63,327 bases of DNA, filler included, from Octopus bimaculoides (GCF_001194135.2; 7 parts of 7 records of this genome joined end to end with filler, not necessarily neighbours in it), one strand, 5' to 3'; shown: positions 41,771 to 56,530, numbered from the whole stretch's first letter. Notes: generated from the sequence alone by a model not told the origin. Numbers and translations: made by a program.

Positions 41771-43341
41771 TATACGATGGTGTGGCGATAGAAATAAATC
41801 TAAGGTACAAAACCTGCGACTCAACAGTGGAACAGAATCGTACAGCAACAGCACGTATTAAATATCAAAAAAGAGAAATAAGAAGAGAGAGAGAAGGAAA
41901 AAAAATTACGTAGATTACACAACATCCAGAGCACTTATCAAATACGACAGATTTTGCAATACCGACAGGCGGTTGGTGTGTGTATCTGTGGAGACTATTT
42001 ATTCATTAACTAGCTGCTCGCATACTCTCTTACGTATTAGACATTTATACGCAGCCCGAGTAAAGCAGTGCCGATGATGCCAACACACGCACATACCGTT
42101 ATTGCTTTTGTATCTTAATGAACTAAATAAATCTTAGAGGAGCTCGTTTAACAAAGCGTACGTCATGAAACGATGACAAGGAGATGGATAGAAAGATAGA
42201 TAGATAGATGTTGAATGGTGACAAGAAGAAAGAAAAGAAAGACGAGCACATACGTCATTAATGATGACAAGGAGAAAGACAGATAGATAGAGCTACGTCA
42301 TGAACGATGACATGGAAAAAGAAAAGAGAAAATAATCTGAGGGCGAGCGAGAGGGAGAAGACGAAGAAGGGAAAGGTGAAAGACGGAGATCGTTTAAGAA
42401 TATCTTATTTTATTTAATGAAATTTTGTTTTCTTTTCAACATCCTACACATCTGAGTGCCGTGTGTCTTAAATGTCTTACCTAAAGATAGATAAAATGGG
42501 ACCAGAAACTGCCAGGTATAAACATTGATTATTAAAAAAAAAAAAAAGAAGATAAACCATTGGATTCAAATCTTTTTTCTTATTTTATTAATCAAAACTA
42601 ACGAGTTAGCTAAGAATATATATTTAACAAAATACACTTGTTGGTGGGATACTTTATTATCTCAACAAGTCCCTTTGACTTGAAGCGTCAATAGATTGTG
42701 CGTGTGTGCGTGTTAAGTCTTCGAAGGCAAAAGGTTCTAGTGACCACGAGTTCAACTCCAGCAGTGGCTACCGATTTTCTTATAACCATGAATTTAAACC
42801 AATGAGCACTTATATTAATTAACTAACCACAAATAACTACCTTTTCCCATTTTCATTTCTTCAACTCAAACATTATATGTAACTTAATAATTATATCTTT
42901 TATTATTGGATGTAGTCTTTTAAAATTTTGAACAGTCTGTAGTACAAGGGGCCAGCGGACATCAGATTGGGAACCATTGAACTGTATCTCTCTTTCCTCG
43001 TTGACATTCGTGGAAAGGAGTTTGAACTATGCATGAATAGTGTAAATTAATAAAACATTTGTCAGTTATATTCATCATTGCTGCTCTAAATTTATCAACA
43101 AATAAACAGATGAATGAATAATTGACGTGTCAAACTTAATATTACAAAAGGCCAAAAATAAAGCTGAATATTGTCGGGTAGAGAAGAAATAGTAGACGTT
43201 CAAAACAGAACCATTCTGATCTAAATTTGTCATAGTGTACCGAGGAGTCAATAATCTTAACATTTCCATTTCAGACTGAAGCCTTAACTGACCTAACAAT
43301 TCATCATCATTCACTTTGAGAAATTGTGATGATCCTTTACG

Positions 43342-43380
<39 letters not shown>

Positions 43381-43517
43381 GTTTCAAATTTTGCCACAAG
43401 GGCAGCAATTTTGGGGGAGGGGATGAGTCGATTACATCGACCCCAGTCTTCAGCTGGTACTTAAGACGAAAGATTCTGCCAGCTCACCGCCTTAATAATA
43501 ATAATAATAATGATGGT

Positions 43518-44058
43518 GATGCCCTGATGCAGTACCAGGTAGTGGCTCTCATGGCTCCTGATCTTAACTGAGTGGAAGTGTCACCATGTACATGTTTTGT
43601 TCTGATATAAAAGATGGGCTACAGCAAATATTCTGCTCAATACCACAGATTCGCTTGACCTTAACCAATTGAACATGTCCCTTAGTGGCTGACCATATGT
43701 GCATCTCTGATAACGAGCAGAAGTAGTAGGGGAGCATCATAACCGTGTGTTGAAAGGGATTCTTTGGGGTTTCAATAATTCACGTCTGGAAACATGGGTG
43801 TTTCGGTCATTATCCTTAAACAAACCTTACTCAGGGACCTTTTGAGCGGAATGGGCTACTTGACCCGAAGAAAATTCTAACTGGGCTCCACGTGCAATGT
43901 CACGTGCTGTTTATTCTTGGTATGGGATCACCATGTCATGCACATACGGTTGTGATGCATTGTTGTACTCTCACCAGACGGGTAGTCATGATGGGTATAG
44001 TGGGCTTCGTATATACTCCAGTGTCACTTTGATGGTATACCTTGCTCTCACTCACTCA
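43518..44058. repeat. Family E interspersed repeat (~540 bp, unclassified)
   Basis: Aligns along its length with the reverse complement of 57591-58147; both copies are flanked by (TAA/TTA)n. Confidence 0.8.
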
Positions 44059-46139
44059 ATAATAACAATAATTGTTTCTAATATACGTGCAAGGTTAGCA
44101 ATTTTGAGAGGAAGAAGTTAGTCGATTACACCGACCTCTGTACTGGATTGATACATTGCACTTGATCGGCTGTAGAAGGATGAAAGAATATGACTTCGAC
44201 AGGATTTGAACTCAGAAGATAAAGAGGCAAAACTAAACTGGAGCTTCTCTACGTGGTTATTCAATATACGAGAAATGACAAGCAAATCTCTTTTTAAGTG
44301 ACACCCCAGTGTCTTGGGAAAGAAAGGTCACGTTGATTGGATAATGAAGTCCCAAATACCTATAAAAAGATGGAGTAGTCATGGCTGGTATGCCTTTGAT
44401 CATAGGTCCTTCCAATCAGAAGTGAGCTTAAACGACAACCGCAGTGCTACATAGCTGACCTGTACATCTCATGGCAATGTCGTACATCTTATGAACTGCG
44501 TATATTTCATGATGACTTGTGCATTTATACTATCCATTCAGGTATTGTGAAAATTTCACGATGACTTTACTTTAACACACATCATGGATTGTATATATTT
44601 TATGGCTGTACATTTTTATAGCATTTATTACAATAATAATTCCATAAAAATACGTTAACAATAAATAAACGGCAATATTACAATACGCACAGACACATAA
44701 GTGTACAAATGTGCCTTTCTTCCAAGAATACTGATTTACAGGAATCTATTAAAAAGAAACTATTAAATTTGTACACGCAAGAATGTAAACAATCCATATT
44801 TGATACGTCTATAATTCCTATTGAAGAAATTATATATAGCAAAGTACATTCACAATAATACTGGATCTACTCTTTGAAAATCGGTCAAGGTTTGCAAATA
44901 CGATTATTATTACCTCGCATTTTCTTCAATGACTAAAAACCTATCGATCTACCTCACCCAAAATACCTGTTCAGTGTTACATTCAGTTTCGATTTAAAAA
45001 AAAAAAATACATATATTTTGGTCGAGTTGTTTATTTTTTCCTTTCTTGTGAATATTAAAAAAAAATCTTAACTCCAGTCAAACATTTGGAAAGTTTTGCA
45101 AATTTTGCCATCAATCAAACGGATTTCGAGAATTCGAATCAACTGATATCTGTGAATCAATAGCTATCCAAAACTTCTTATGTAGACATTGAGAAACATA
45201 ATCAATTGCTCCAAATGATTATTGTAACAAATTTAATTTATGATCAGAATACTATAACTTCAGGTCGTACATGAATGAAGCTTATAGCCATAGATACTCT
45301 CTTTCTCACAGACTTTGAGACGACATTCACAACTGATCTTTAAACCAGTACATAAATGTCATTTTCTGTTCCCGAAAACGAATATTTGGTGCGTTATGCG
45401 AACCAAAGGCTTATTGTTACTTTGTATTACGTACACCATGATGCAAGTGTTCATGCCTTGCTAAGTAATAGTAATACACTGGTCTGATTCAGTTGACTAC
45501 ACATCCTCCACCGCCGGCCTGGAGAAGCGTAGATTGTTTTTGCCAATTAGTTAAGGGTAAAAGAATAAGTACCTTTAACTTTCCTGTTTAGGACTTCCAA
45601 GATTGGTGGAAAGGAGACCTGACTCCTGAATACTTGCAACAAAATGAAGCGGAGGAGATAGAGTCAATTAAATGGACTCGCATATTTTCTTTTTCCTTTT
45701 TATTGGCTCTCGAAGGAATATAAAGTTAACTCAACTTCAACAAGTTTTAAACTGACAACGCAATGAGTGGTCAAGTTTCCCCACAATTTACAACATTCTA
45801 CGGATTTTAATAAAACGGAATGATCACTGGTTTGGAAAGTATCTGGATCTCATCCAATTTTACCACTCCAAAACAGTAGCATTGTCTATCATCGAAGGAC
45901 ATCCTCTTTGGAGTTGTGTATGTGTGAGATATTTCCACATTTTCGACCCAAAATCTTTTGTGAAAGTCCTTATTGGAAATATGTGGAAAATAAACAAAAG
46001 AGAAAAAAAAAAGGAAGAAAAATACTTTCAATACTAAATTATAAAAACAAAAAACGACAACTGTTGAAATAATTTCTCGGAAATATTTAATACTTCCTAC
46101 TTATAACAAGCAATACTTTGAGCGAATGAACGAGGGAGC

Positions 46140-46980
46140 CTCTCTATGTGATCGCTTTACTGGCTAGAAATAGCAGCCAAATCTTCATGACTATCTTAAA
46201 AAAGAAGGACGCGAGTCAAAACGGGAGACTCTACCGGCTAGAAATGGTAGTCAAATCTCCCATTGTAAGTTACACCATATCGTCTGAAGGAAGGACCATT
46301 GGACAATGTAGTCTTTGAATACAACCTCCTCTTCCCCACCGAAAATAGAGTAGTCACGGCTGGAACACCTTTGATCATAAAACTAATTGGTTATGGTTGA
46401 CCCAGGGCCAAACAGTAACATCCTTGAACGATCCAATGATGGATCGTCTACATAGTCGCTGGAACTGATAGAAAAAGCAAACAATTCTCCCCCAACTTTA
46501 GAGTCCTGAATAGAAACTCATTGAACAACGGATGTAGTCTTAAGTATACAATACCCGACAAAAAGATATGGGCCACATTTGATTATAGGCCTGCTCAGTC
46601 AGGAGTGACCTATGATCAAGCAGCAATAACTATATATTTTAACAAACCGACGAAGCTCTGCATGAGCATTGAACCGACTAAAAACAGTAGCCAGCTCAAC
46701 CTTAAATGGCACCTTATATACTGTATAAAAAGGAAAAATGAAGGATAGTCACGAGTAGAATACTTCAGATACAACATAAGGCTACTTGATCAGGGCTACT
46801 CTGGAAGTTTCTATACGGTCGTTCAGGCTATTAAAGATAGCATCCGAGTCAATCTTAACTCACACCATATATTCTGTACGAAAAAATACATGACAAGATG
46901 GTCGTGGCTAGAAAACCCTTGATTTCACTAAGAGTACGCCATCAAGGATGCTCTGGGTGGGGCTGAACAAGAACAACAAA
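46140..46980 (+). repeat. Cluster of degenerate family F repeats
   Basis: Recurring ctagaaatagcagccaaatct and gtagtcacggctggaa..cctttgatcata motifs; also at 44245-44440 (+), 11460-11650 (-) and 24160-24320 (-). Confidence 0.55.
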
Positions 46981-47039
46981 TGACTATATATATATATATA
47001 TATATATCTCCCCACCACCTCCTCTTCCGGTCTTTTCAC

Positions 47040-47211
47040 AATGTAACCTCGTGGGCATCGGTACCATTTTCCTCTTTCTCCGTTTTTCCATTCTCCGAAC
47101 TTTCCATCTTTCCGACGAAGGGCTACGCCCGAAACGTCATACACGCTCTCTTTCCTTTCCCGAGCGTCCAATAACACTATCCGTATCACGTCCTCACTTT
47201 GTTGTTTTTTT
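47040..47211 (+). mobile_element. Penelope-like terminal remnant with hammerhead-like motif at 47111-47139
   Basis: CCGACGA-A-GGGC TAC GCCC-GAAA-C-GTC; homologous to 61-262 (-). Confidence 0.55.
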
Positions 47212-49449
47212 NNNNNNNNNNNNNNNNNNNNNNNNNNNNNNNNNNNNNNNNNNNNTTAATTAATTAANNNNNNNNNNNNNNNNNNNNNNNNNNNNNNNNN
47301 NNNNNNNNNNNGTGTTTGTGCGTGCATATATGTGTGTGTGGGTGGGTGTGAGTGTATGTATGTCCTGTGCAGTGTGCGTGTGTGTGTGTGTGTTATGTGA
47401 AAATTACGGTAATCTAGTTATTTATAGATTATATATTTGAAAAAATTATCATACCTTTAAGGTATGCTTACCCAATACGTCGGGTGGAGTCATTCTTTAT
47501 CAATGACTGAGAAGAACAGGTAGGCACGTTTTGATTCGAAGTAATTTCTAGTTGTATGGAAGGGTCAGATCCCTTCTTGAAATATAAAAAGTGGGATTTT
47601 AAATTATGTTGCATATAGTATATTTCGTCAGGAATCTAGTTGTGCTAAAGCTAGGTATCAACGAGAAGGATGTGAGGCAAGCTTTTGCATCGTGCCAGGC
47701 CCTAAGATAGGGGCTAGTTTAGCGAAAAGGGTCTTGTCTAATGGAAGAATGGACTCGTTTTTTTTTTGTATTTGCATGTTTCCAACATTGTGGCCTGCGG
47801 CTCCGTTCGCAAGTGTGTTGTCCCAGATCTTTCAGCATTTATCTGCGTTTTCTTGATCGGTGAATGATGTATGTGGAGATGATTTTTTTTTAAATTCAAA
47901 TATACAACGCTAGATTGAAGGGCCGATGTAGCACCCACTGCTGTTAGTATATTCAAACACTGAGCTTGGTTGCATGCAACCTTTACCACAGACCATCTCA
48001 AACAGCCATTTATGAGAGTATGTTTTGTACACGTATAATCATAGACTCAGTTTCTACACCTTTTAGATCCAGTTAAAGCACCCACCGTAGCTCATCCTTT
48101 CTACCCATCATTCCCTTCCATTATACGCCTATCTTAAAAACTTTGGCTCAAAGATGTTCAAGCAGGCCCTCAATAGAATCAACGTCACAATCTCAGAGAG
48201 ATTGCAAAACCCCTTTGGCATTGCCTCTTCCTTCCGACTGAACAGTATTTGCTATAGCAACAACAACAACTATAATAAAGATGCGAACAAAAGTCTTCAA
48301 CAAATTTCAGTAAGGAGAACAAGAACTCTGTTTACAACAATAACAACGAAAAAAAAAACAGCTATTCTGTTAAGAACAATAAAAAAAAGTGTATAGAAAC
48401 AATATCTACAGCAACCTAAAAAAAAAAGGATGTAAAGAACGACGGCAAAATGAACAAGAAAACTCGGGTAGTAAAACTAGATTTCGATCGGGGTTAATCC
48501 GAGGTTACTCAACAGCAACGACAACAACAAAGACAAGACCAACAACAACAAAGACAAGACCAACAACAATAAGAATATCCATTATACTGATAGCAACAAA
48601 CATCAATAACACCGATAACTGCGACTACAAGAATAACAATAACAGTAAATAAACAATAATGCAAACAACCACAACAGGAATAGCAACACGAATAACAAAA
48701 ACAATAGCATGGAAAAGGAATAACAGCAACAGGCACAACAACATCTACAGTTAAAATAATAATGAAGACAAAAAAAATTATAAATAATAAGTAAAAACTT
48801 CAGCAGTTCAGCGCCACAACGATTTGCAATAACAACTACAACAACAACAACAACAGAATTTGCAACAAGAAACAGGAACAAACAGCAATAGCGAGAAATC
48901 GTTACACAAAATGTCCGCTTTAAAAAAAAAAGAAAAGCGCTGTATAAAAGATGGCGTACAAACCGTGAGAGTACGAGGAGAAAAACATCTCCAACACGAA
49001 CAGCGTACACCACCGGCACCATCATCACAACAAGCAACATCTACACTGCCACTGCCCATGGGATATTGCGATATGTCAATAACGGTATCGGAATAATAGC
49101 TCAATAAAGTTATCAGTATAACACGATAAAGATTATCCAATAACTGTGTGGTTATCACATTCACAAAACAGCCATTACGAAAGTACAATTGTATAGCTGC
49201 CACGTCTCTCCGCAATCGATCCAGCACGCACGCGCAAACACACATGCACGCGCGTGCGCACAAACACACACACACACATGCGTGTGTGTGCGTGTCAGTA
49301 TGTGTATTGATATTGTTACATATATGTATTTAATTTTATACCTGCATANNNNNNNNNNNNNNNNNNNNNNNNNNNNNNNNNNNNNNNNNNNNTTAATTAA
49401 TTAANNNNNNNNNNNNNNNNNNNNNNNNNNNNNNNNNNNNNNNNNNNNG

Positions 49450-50150
49450 TAAAATGGAAAGAATTAGCTACTCAGACCTGTCCTCGATAAAAATTAAAAA
49501 GATGGAAAAGAAGAATTTTGCAGAGGCAGTGAGACGGAAGTCTGAAGATATATGCTCGGAGGAATTGAAAAATTCCAAGAAATGGTGGAAAAGGATGGGA
49601 ACAATGTTAAGGTATCCCATCCCAGGGAAACTACCGAAAAGGAGGCCAACAGGACAGTGTTGTACAGAACATATAACATAAGACTACATCAGATAAGTGG
49701 AAAGAGTTCTGCAACCCATTTGGAAAGAAGTGGGATACCTAACTAGAGGGAAAAAGTATGCAACGGCAGCGGTACGGTTTGGATCCGAGGCTGTGGCCAG
49801 GCAGCATGCCGTTACTCCCCTCAAGAAGGAAGAGAGGTCTTTTTACCCATTTACCTGGGTTGACATGCTTCTCGGGTAAGGGTAGATGAGACCCTTCCTG
49901 AGGTGGATGTTGCGTGGCTGGTAGCCGCTTTTCTGCTTTGTATGGAGGACCATATTTTGGTCCTCCAGGCAAAAAGAGTGCTGACAAGAAATTGGCAAGG
50001 GCAGGGCCTAGAAATGACGATCGAGGCTACCCCGGGAGATCTAGAAAGGATGGTGGAGACCATTACGGTCGACGGCGACAACAAGCTGAGAGACATGGTG
50101 GAGGGCAGTTGCTCGGTGGTGAGGACGATTGGCTTCGTTCCATTTCATTA
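49450..50150 (+). mobile_element. Degenerate coding remnant, possibly a gag-like ORF1 of a non-LTR retrotransposon
   Basis: GC-richer, coding-like frames broken by stops (AAVRFGSEAVARQHAVTPL; WQGQGLEMTIEATPGDLERMVETITVDGDNKLRDMVEG). The family assignment is inference only. Confidence 0.3.
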
Positions 50151-50277
50151 TTCCTTTTTTTTTTTCATTTTTCCCATTCGTTTGTCCTTTTTTGTCCCCA
50201 TTTAAATGTTTGTATTTGTCCCTCTGTGTTTATCCCCTTGTGGGCAATAAAGAGATCGTTGTTAAAATCATCTGAAA

Positions 50278-51349
50278 TGGAACTGTCAAAGCGCGATATT
50301 CGAGCAATTTTTCTATTCAACTTCAAATAAGGCCGTTAAGTAGCCTAAACTGCAGGCGATATCAACGAAACGTTTGGAGAGGAAATGACCAGAGAGTGGT
50401 CAGCTCGAAAATGGTGCAAACGATTTCGCAAGTGGACGACAATTTGTCATCGATGACGATCAATTAAAGGACATCATTGAGAAAAACCACTTGAGAACTG
50501 GCAAGAGAACTTCAAGTTAGCCAGAAAACTGCTTGAAACTATTTGCATGCGATCGGAAAATCAAAAAAGCCTGACAAATGGGTACCACACGATTTGAATG
50601 AAAATCAGAAAATGTGCGGATATGAAATTTACTCATCGCTTCTTCTCCGTAACCAGGGTTATCCATTTCTCGACCGTATTGTAACTGTTTCAAATTCATA
50701 AATGCGAAAAGTGGATTCTGTACAATAATAAAATAAAACGTTCTTCTCAGTGGTTGGATCAAAATAAAGCACCGAAAACCTTCCCTAAACCCGAGCTCTT
50801 TAGAAAGAAGGTTATGGTGACTGTTTGGTGTACTGCTGGACTCATCCACTATAACTTCTTAAAACCCGGAAAACCATTACTGCAGAAATATATTGCCATG
50901 AAATTGCGAAAATGAACGAAAGACTGCTACTCCTCCGTCTCAGACTGGTCAACAGAAGGGAGCCAATCATTCTTCATGATAATGCTCGACCACACGTTTC
51001 ACTAATGACGCTCCAGAAGTTGAGGGAATTTGGCTACGATATTCTACCCGACCCAGCTTATTCCCCAGACTGTTGTTCTACCGACTACCACTTTTCAAGC
51101 ACCTTGATGGTTTCCTGCGAGAGAAGGAGTTCAAAAATCAAACCGATGCTGAAAGTGCGTTGAAAGCATTCATCAGCTCCAGAACTCCAGATTCTTATGC
51201 TACCGGAATAAACAAACTTGTAACTCGTTGGCAAAAATGTGTTGACTGTAATGGTACTTAATTTGATGAATAAAATTTCCGCGTTGTTGAAATACATTGT
51301 GAAGAATTTCATGTTTCAAAACGTTGCTTACTTTTTACTCAGCTTGATA
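50278..51349 (+). mobile_element. Degenerate mariner (DD34D; Hsmar1/cecropia-like)
   Basis: MELSKRDIRAIFLFNFK*, KWVPHDLNENQK (50579), HDNARPH-x-AYSPDCCSTD with exactly 34 residues between the Ds, KCVDCNG C-terminus, and a 3' TIR-like ttactttttactcagcttgata. Confidence 0.92.
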
Positions 51350-51543
51350 ATATTGATTCAACGTGCTTGTGATCAAGTACTTTTCAGCCGTGACAAACTC
51401 GTCTTCATATTTATCTCGGACAACACTCTCTAATTTGATCTTCATTCCCTTTTCCTCTTTTTGTAAATGTTGTGGTGTTATTTGAGAATTTCTGGAACGG
51501 TTGGTCGGTACTGATTCTTGTTTGTTGATTATATAGATGTGTT

Positions 51544-51762
51544 TAAGGTGGCGAGCTGGTAGAGTCGTTAGCACACTGGGAGAAATGCTTAACAACATTT
51601 CGTCCGTTTTCATGTTCTGATTTCGAATTCCGCCGAGATCGAATTTGCTTTTCATCCTGCGGGGTTGATAAGATAAGTACCAGTAGGGTGCTGGGGTCCA
51701 TGTAACCGATTATACCACTCACTCAACTTTAAGGACTTGTGCCTATAGTAAAAAGGATTATA
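51544..51762 (+). mobile_element. SINE family B
   Basis: Head, core and tail present. Confidence 0.8.
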
Positions 51763-53051
51763 TAGGTGTTTCAACATTAACTTATAGAGGTTTGTGAAAA
51801 GGGAAATTCTAATAACGTATGAACATTTTCGACGAGTATGAGTGAAGATTGCTGAAGGTTTTTTTGAAAGGAAATAAGAAATTTAGCAGCTGAATAAAAC
51901 ATCTAATATAGAAGACGGAAAATACTTGTAATATCGCCTGCAAAATTTGTATGCCGCTACTACTGTTTAGCTGTAGTAAGTACCACACAGAAGCTACATC
52001 ACAACAGCTAGTGTCTAAATCAAGAAAGAAATTTAACGCATGGCCAGAATTATATACAAGCAACATGTAAACGAAGATTTCACTCCACAGTGTATCAAAG
52101 TATGGTGTTTACACGTACACACACAAACCGCACACGCGCACAAACATTTACTTAAAACTCGTTAGATCCTGCGCAGGATTCGAACGCCGTGCCTATAAAA
52201 CCGCAAGATGTGCTAATTACTTCACTTAAGAGCTTTGGCCTTTCAAATTCACCTAACCATTTTGTTCTTTGCATCAATTTATGTTAAGTTATATATGTAA
52301 AAGGAACGATTTCAATTCCATTAAGGCAATTGAATCCTCAATAATTCATTATTCATACATCATGATAGCAGAGGTTTCCATCAATGCAGCATTGTGAGAA
52401 AGAGAGAGAGGGGGGGGGGTAAATCTAATGCAATATATTATTGGTAATAACGAAGGGTGAGTGAAATAATGCCTGAACCTTAAAGGCATTCCACCACAAC
52501 AAACACACTCTTTGCACAAGAATTTAGCTACGACTGTCTTCAAGATATTGGTATTATTAATTAGCTTTCTTCACATTTGTCCTTGAGTTCTTTAGAGATT
52601 TCTTTTCAGTGTCTTCCATTGTAGTCCCTGCCCGACTAATGGTTTGCGAATGAATTTCGTCGACGAAAATTGTACGAAATCCCTGTGTTATATATATATG
52701 GGTGTATAAAATTTATACACGGAGAGAAAACCACTATGTGGTTTCTTGCATGCTAAAAAGCGCAGTCAAATTCATAGCCCACTAAAGAACATTATTATTT
52801 ATAGCACTTTGATTGTAAGCGAACAGGACAATTTGAAAGAATTAAAATATCAGTTAATTCTATACTCCGAACTTTCGCCATTAATGATTAAATACATCAA
52901 TTATTTAATTAATCAATTGACGAAACAACCTTTTGTGGATCATCAGTGGAATCGCTGCGACAGATTATTATAAAACTCGAATACGTACCGAAACACGTGC
53001 ATACTGAGTTTCATCGTTGCACATCAAGAATTCAAATCAAATGACTAGTAT

Positions 53052-53094
<43 letters not shown>

Positions 53095-53195
53095 CNNNNN
53101 NNNNNNNNNNNNNNNNNNNNNNNNNNNNNNNNNNNNNNNTTAATTAATTAANNNNNNNNNNNNNNNNNNNNNNNNNNNNNNNNNNNNNNNNNNNN

Positions 53196-53512
53196 TCACA
53201 TGGACAACTGTATGTTGGCTGCTCAAGAGTGGGCAGCAAAAAAACCTATTTGTATATGCTCCACAAGGGAAAACAAGGAACATTGTTTACAACGAGGTGT
53301 TATAATCACAACAGCAAGAAAGTATGTACATGATCACCTTTTACGAAACTTCATTGACTTTCATATATTTATATTGATATACATATATATACGTGTGTTT
53401 GGGTGCGTGTGTGTATATACATCTCTATATATAAAGATGATGCGTAGTCTAGATGGTGTTTTTAGATTTCATTATTCTCTTTAACCCGGGCAACGCCGGG
53501 TATTTCTGCTAG
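53196..53512 (+). mobile_element. Helitron 3' end with RepHel helicase C-terminus
   Basis: SHGQLYVGCSRVGSKK/NLFVYAPQGKTRNIVYNEVL* (one -1 slip in an A7 run), hairpin ACCCGG-gcaacg-CCGGGT at 53484-53501, terminal CTAG at 53509-53512 followed by T. Confidence 0.92.
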
Positions 53513-53889
53513 TAATATATAAATATATAAAGGAGATGTACTTCCATAGCAAATGACTTGATCTGAAACAAAAACAATTGCAGCATGGAAGGTGTTTATA
53601 AGCCATTTAAGAAACACACAAAAACCGTTAGATTCACTACAACATTTAAATTTAATTTGTCAATATATTTTCGTCGCTTTGAGACTGCGACCTGTTCACT
53701 GACAAAATTCCATGCTGCATCACTGCAAAATTCCGAGATGCAAACATTTGATATGTCGAGGAATTGACTCGTACAAGTTCTGAACAGTTTTAAGGGAAAT
53801 TATGAGTTGTTCTTTATGTAAAAAATTTTTTTTTAAATATTCACTTTAGCTCGTTCAGCAACGGAGGGAAACGGATACTCTCTGCTGCT

Positions 53890-54400
53890 CCGAAATGCAC
53901 AAGAAATGTTCGATTATACTTATATTCTGTGATCGTGGGAGGGTGTTTGCGAGCAACCCAAATGGTCTACTTCACTTTTGTGATCTTTGTACGAATTTTG
54001 AATAATATTTGCCAGGCGAATCGGTGTGTCATTATCCTAGAGGACTATCACGGAATAATGTCCGTACTACAAGATGTTCATGATTAACCAAAATGCTCAA
54101 CTAATCCTAGCGTTTGCTCTGCCATGTAGAACGAGTAAATAATCAAGAGAATTCCATGATATCTTTGGCCAAATCATCACAGAGTCACATCCATTCTTCA
54201 CGACCCAGGCCAAGTAGTCAGTGTTGTAAACTTCTTAGGGTTGCCTCTAGACATGAACACACCCCTATCTGGAAAAAAAAAACTCATCAGAGAAGATGGC
54301 ATTGTTCCATTGAGCAAATGGTTACTTCCAATAGTCTGGACAGCATCTTCTCCGCTTATCAGTGTTGGCTATCCTGGTGAAGAGCTTAAATCTACAGTCA
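53890..54400 (-). mobile_element. Degenerate Tc1-like transposase
   Basis: Minus strand QWNNAIFSDE...VVKNGCDSVMIWPKISWNSL...L*DNDTPIRLA resembles the W..VIFSDE, VKHGGGSVMVW and QDDNAPIH motifs. Confidence 0.75.
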
Positions 54401-54907
54401 CTAGCAACATGCTATATAACAACCGAGCGAAACAGTGTTTATTTGACATGAAGTAAAAATCACCTGATAAGGCACTTCTACACCGAGTGATGTAACATAA
54501 CCAGTTGTACAGTATCCCACCCGACAGGGATCGATACATAATGGGTCGAAACGATCGTTGTGAGCAATAAATTTTCTCGTATATTCTATTTTCCGTCTCC
54601 ATCATTTGTTATCTACCCAACGAACACTGAATAATTCCTGGGGTAGATCCAGTGACAATTGTGTAAGTACCGTGGTTGAGGTCAGGTAGCCATAAGCAGT
54701 GAACGTGCTTCACCGGCTAACTAATAGGTACTTTCCTAATGCTTAAATAATTACTTATGCACGTATGTATATATGTATGTATGTATGTATGTATTTATGT
54801 ATATATGTTTGTACGTATGTATGTACGTGGGTATGTATGTGTGTGCGCATGTAAATAAGCAGTTCTCATATTTTTAATATTTTATCTTCAATTTATGTAT
54901 CTTACAG

Positions 54908-55053
54908 CTAATTCCGAAACTACATCGTCGTACATGGTGAATGCACAAAAACTTATGACAGATCTACTTACGGGTTACGATCGTCGTGTCGTACCTATTG
55001 CAGGTGAACCGGTTCGTCTTTACGCAGACCTTAATGTGGTGGCTTTCGAATTG
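54908..55053 (+). CDS. nAChR-like (Cys-loop LGIC) subunit, first visible exon: N-terminal helix to beta1 ([48 protein letters not shown])
   Basis: Acceptor ttacAG at 54906-54907 (phase 1, as expected after a signal-peptide exon) and donor GTAATC at 55054 (phase 0). [16 protein letters not shown] matches the L..DLL.GY....RP N-terminal motif of nAChRs and splices in frame to the next exon. Confidence 0.85.
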
Positions 55054-55072
55054 GTAATCACTCTTTTCCGCC

Positions 55073-55985
<913 letters not shown>

Positions 55986-56366
55986 GCTTGGGTAGTTGCA
56001 CAGAAACGAAGGAATGAAAGAACAAAGCAGTAATTGGAGTCGATTTGTGCGAAAGGTTACAACTTCATGTCGTATGTGCAACAGAATGGAACCTTAAGCG
56101 CACCGCCATCAAATAACTTTCTGTAGTTATGTATGAGAGGAAAGTGTTTGTCGAATTACTTCAGGAAGGCTTTACCTCTACTGCATTTGACATTTAGTGA
56201 GAAAGAGTAATTGAGAATGCTTTATTTACAATATGTTCGTTGTCAAATAAGGTGGCGAGATGGCAGAATCGTTAGCACGCCGGACAAAATGATTAGCGGC
56301 ATTTCGTCCGTCTTCCCTTGCTTTCGCTTGCACAGCACTTCCACCTTCACATACAGACACGTGTGT

Positions 56367-56410
<44 letters not shown>

Positions 56411-56474
56411 ACATGCACTTTACGCTTCTATTAGGTAGAACTTTGGTTATCATCTTTACAGCATATATTCACAC

Positions 56475-56530
<56 letters not shown>

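Noticed and set aside
47748-47815. Possible signal-peptide exon MDSFFFCICMFPTLWPAAPFA with a phase-1 GTGTGT donor
   Set aside because: The hydrophobic core is proline-rich and the donor is weak. It cannot be distinguished from chance without transcripts, so exon 1 remains unlocated.
52160-52225. tRNA-like sequence on the minus strand (GTTCGAATCC, palindrome ATCCTGCGCAGGAT)
   Set aside because: No complete cloverleaf; at most a decayed SINE head. No true tRNA or rRNA genes are supported in the window.
53579-53719. 12-bp inverted repeat TGCAGCATGGAA/TTCCATGCTGCA
   Set aside because: Possibly a small MITE, but it has no clear TSD and only one copy in the window.
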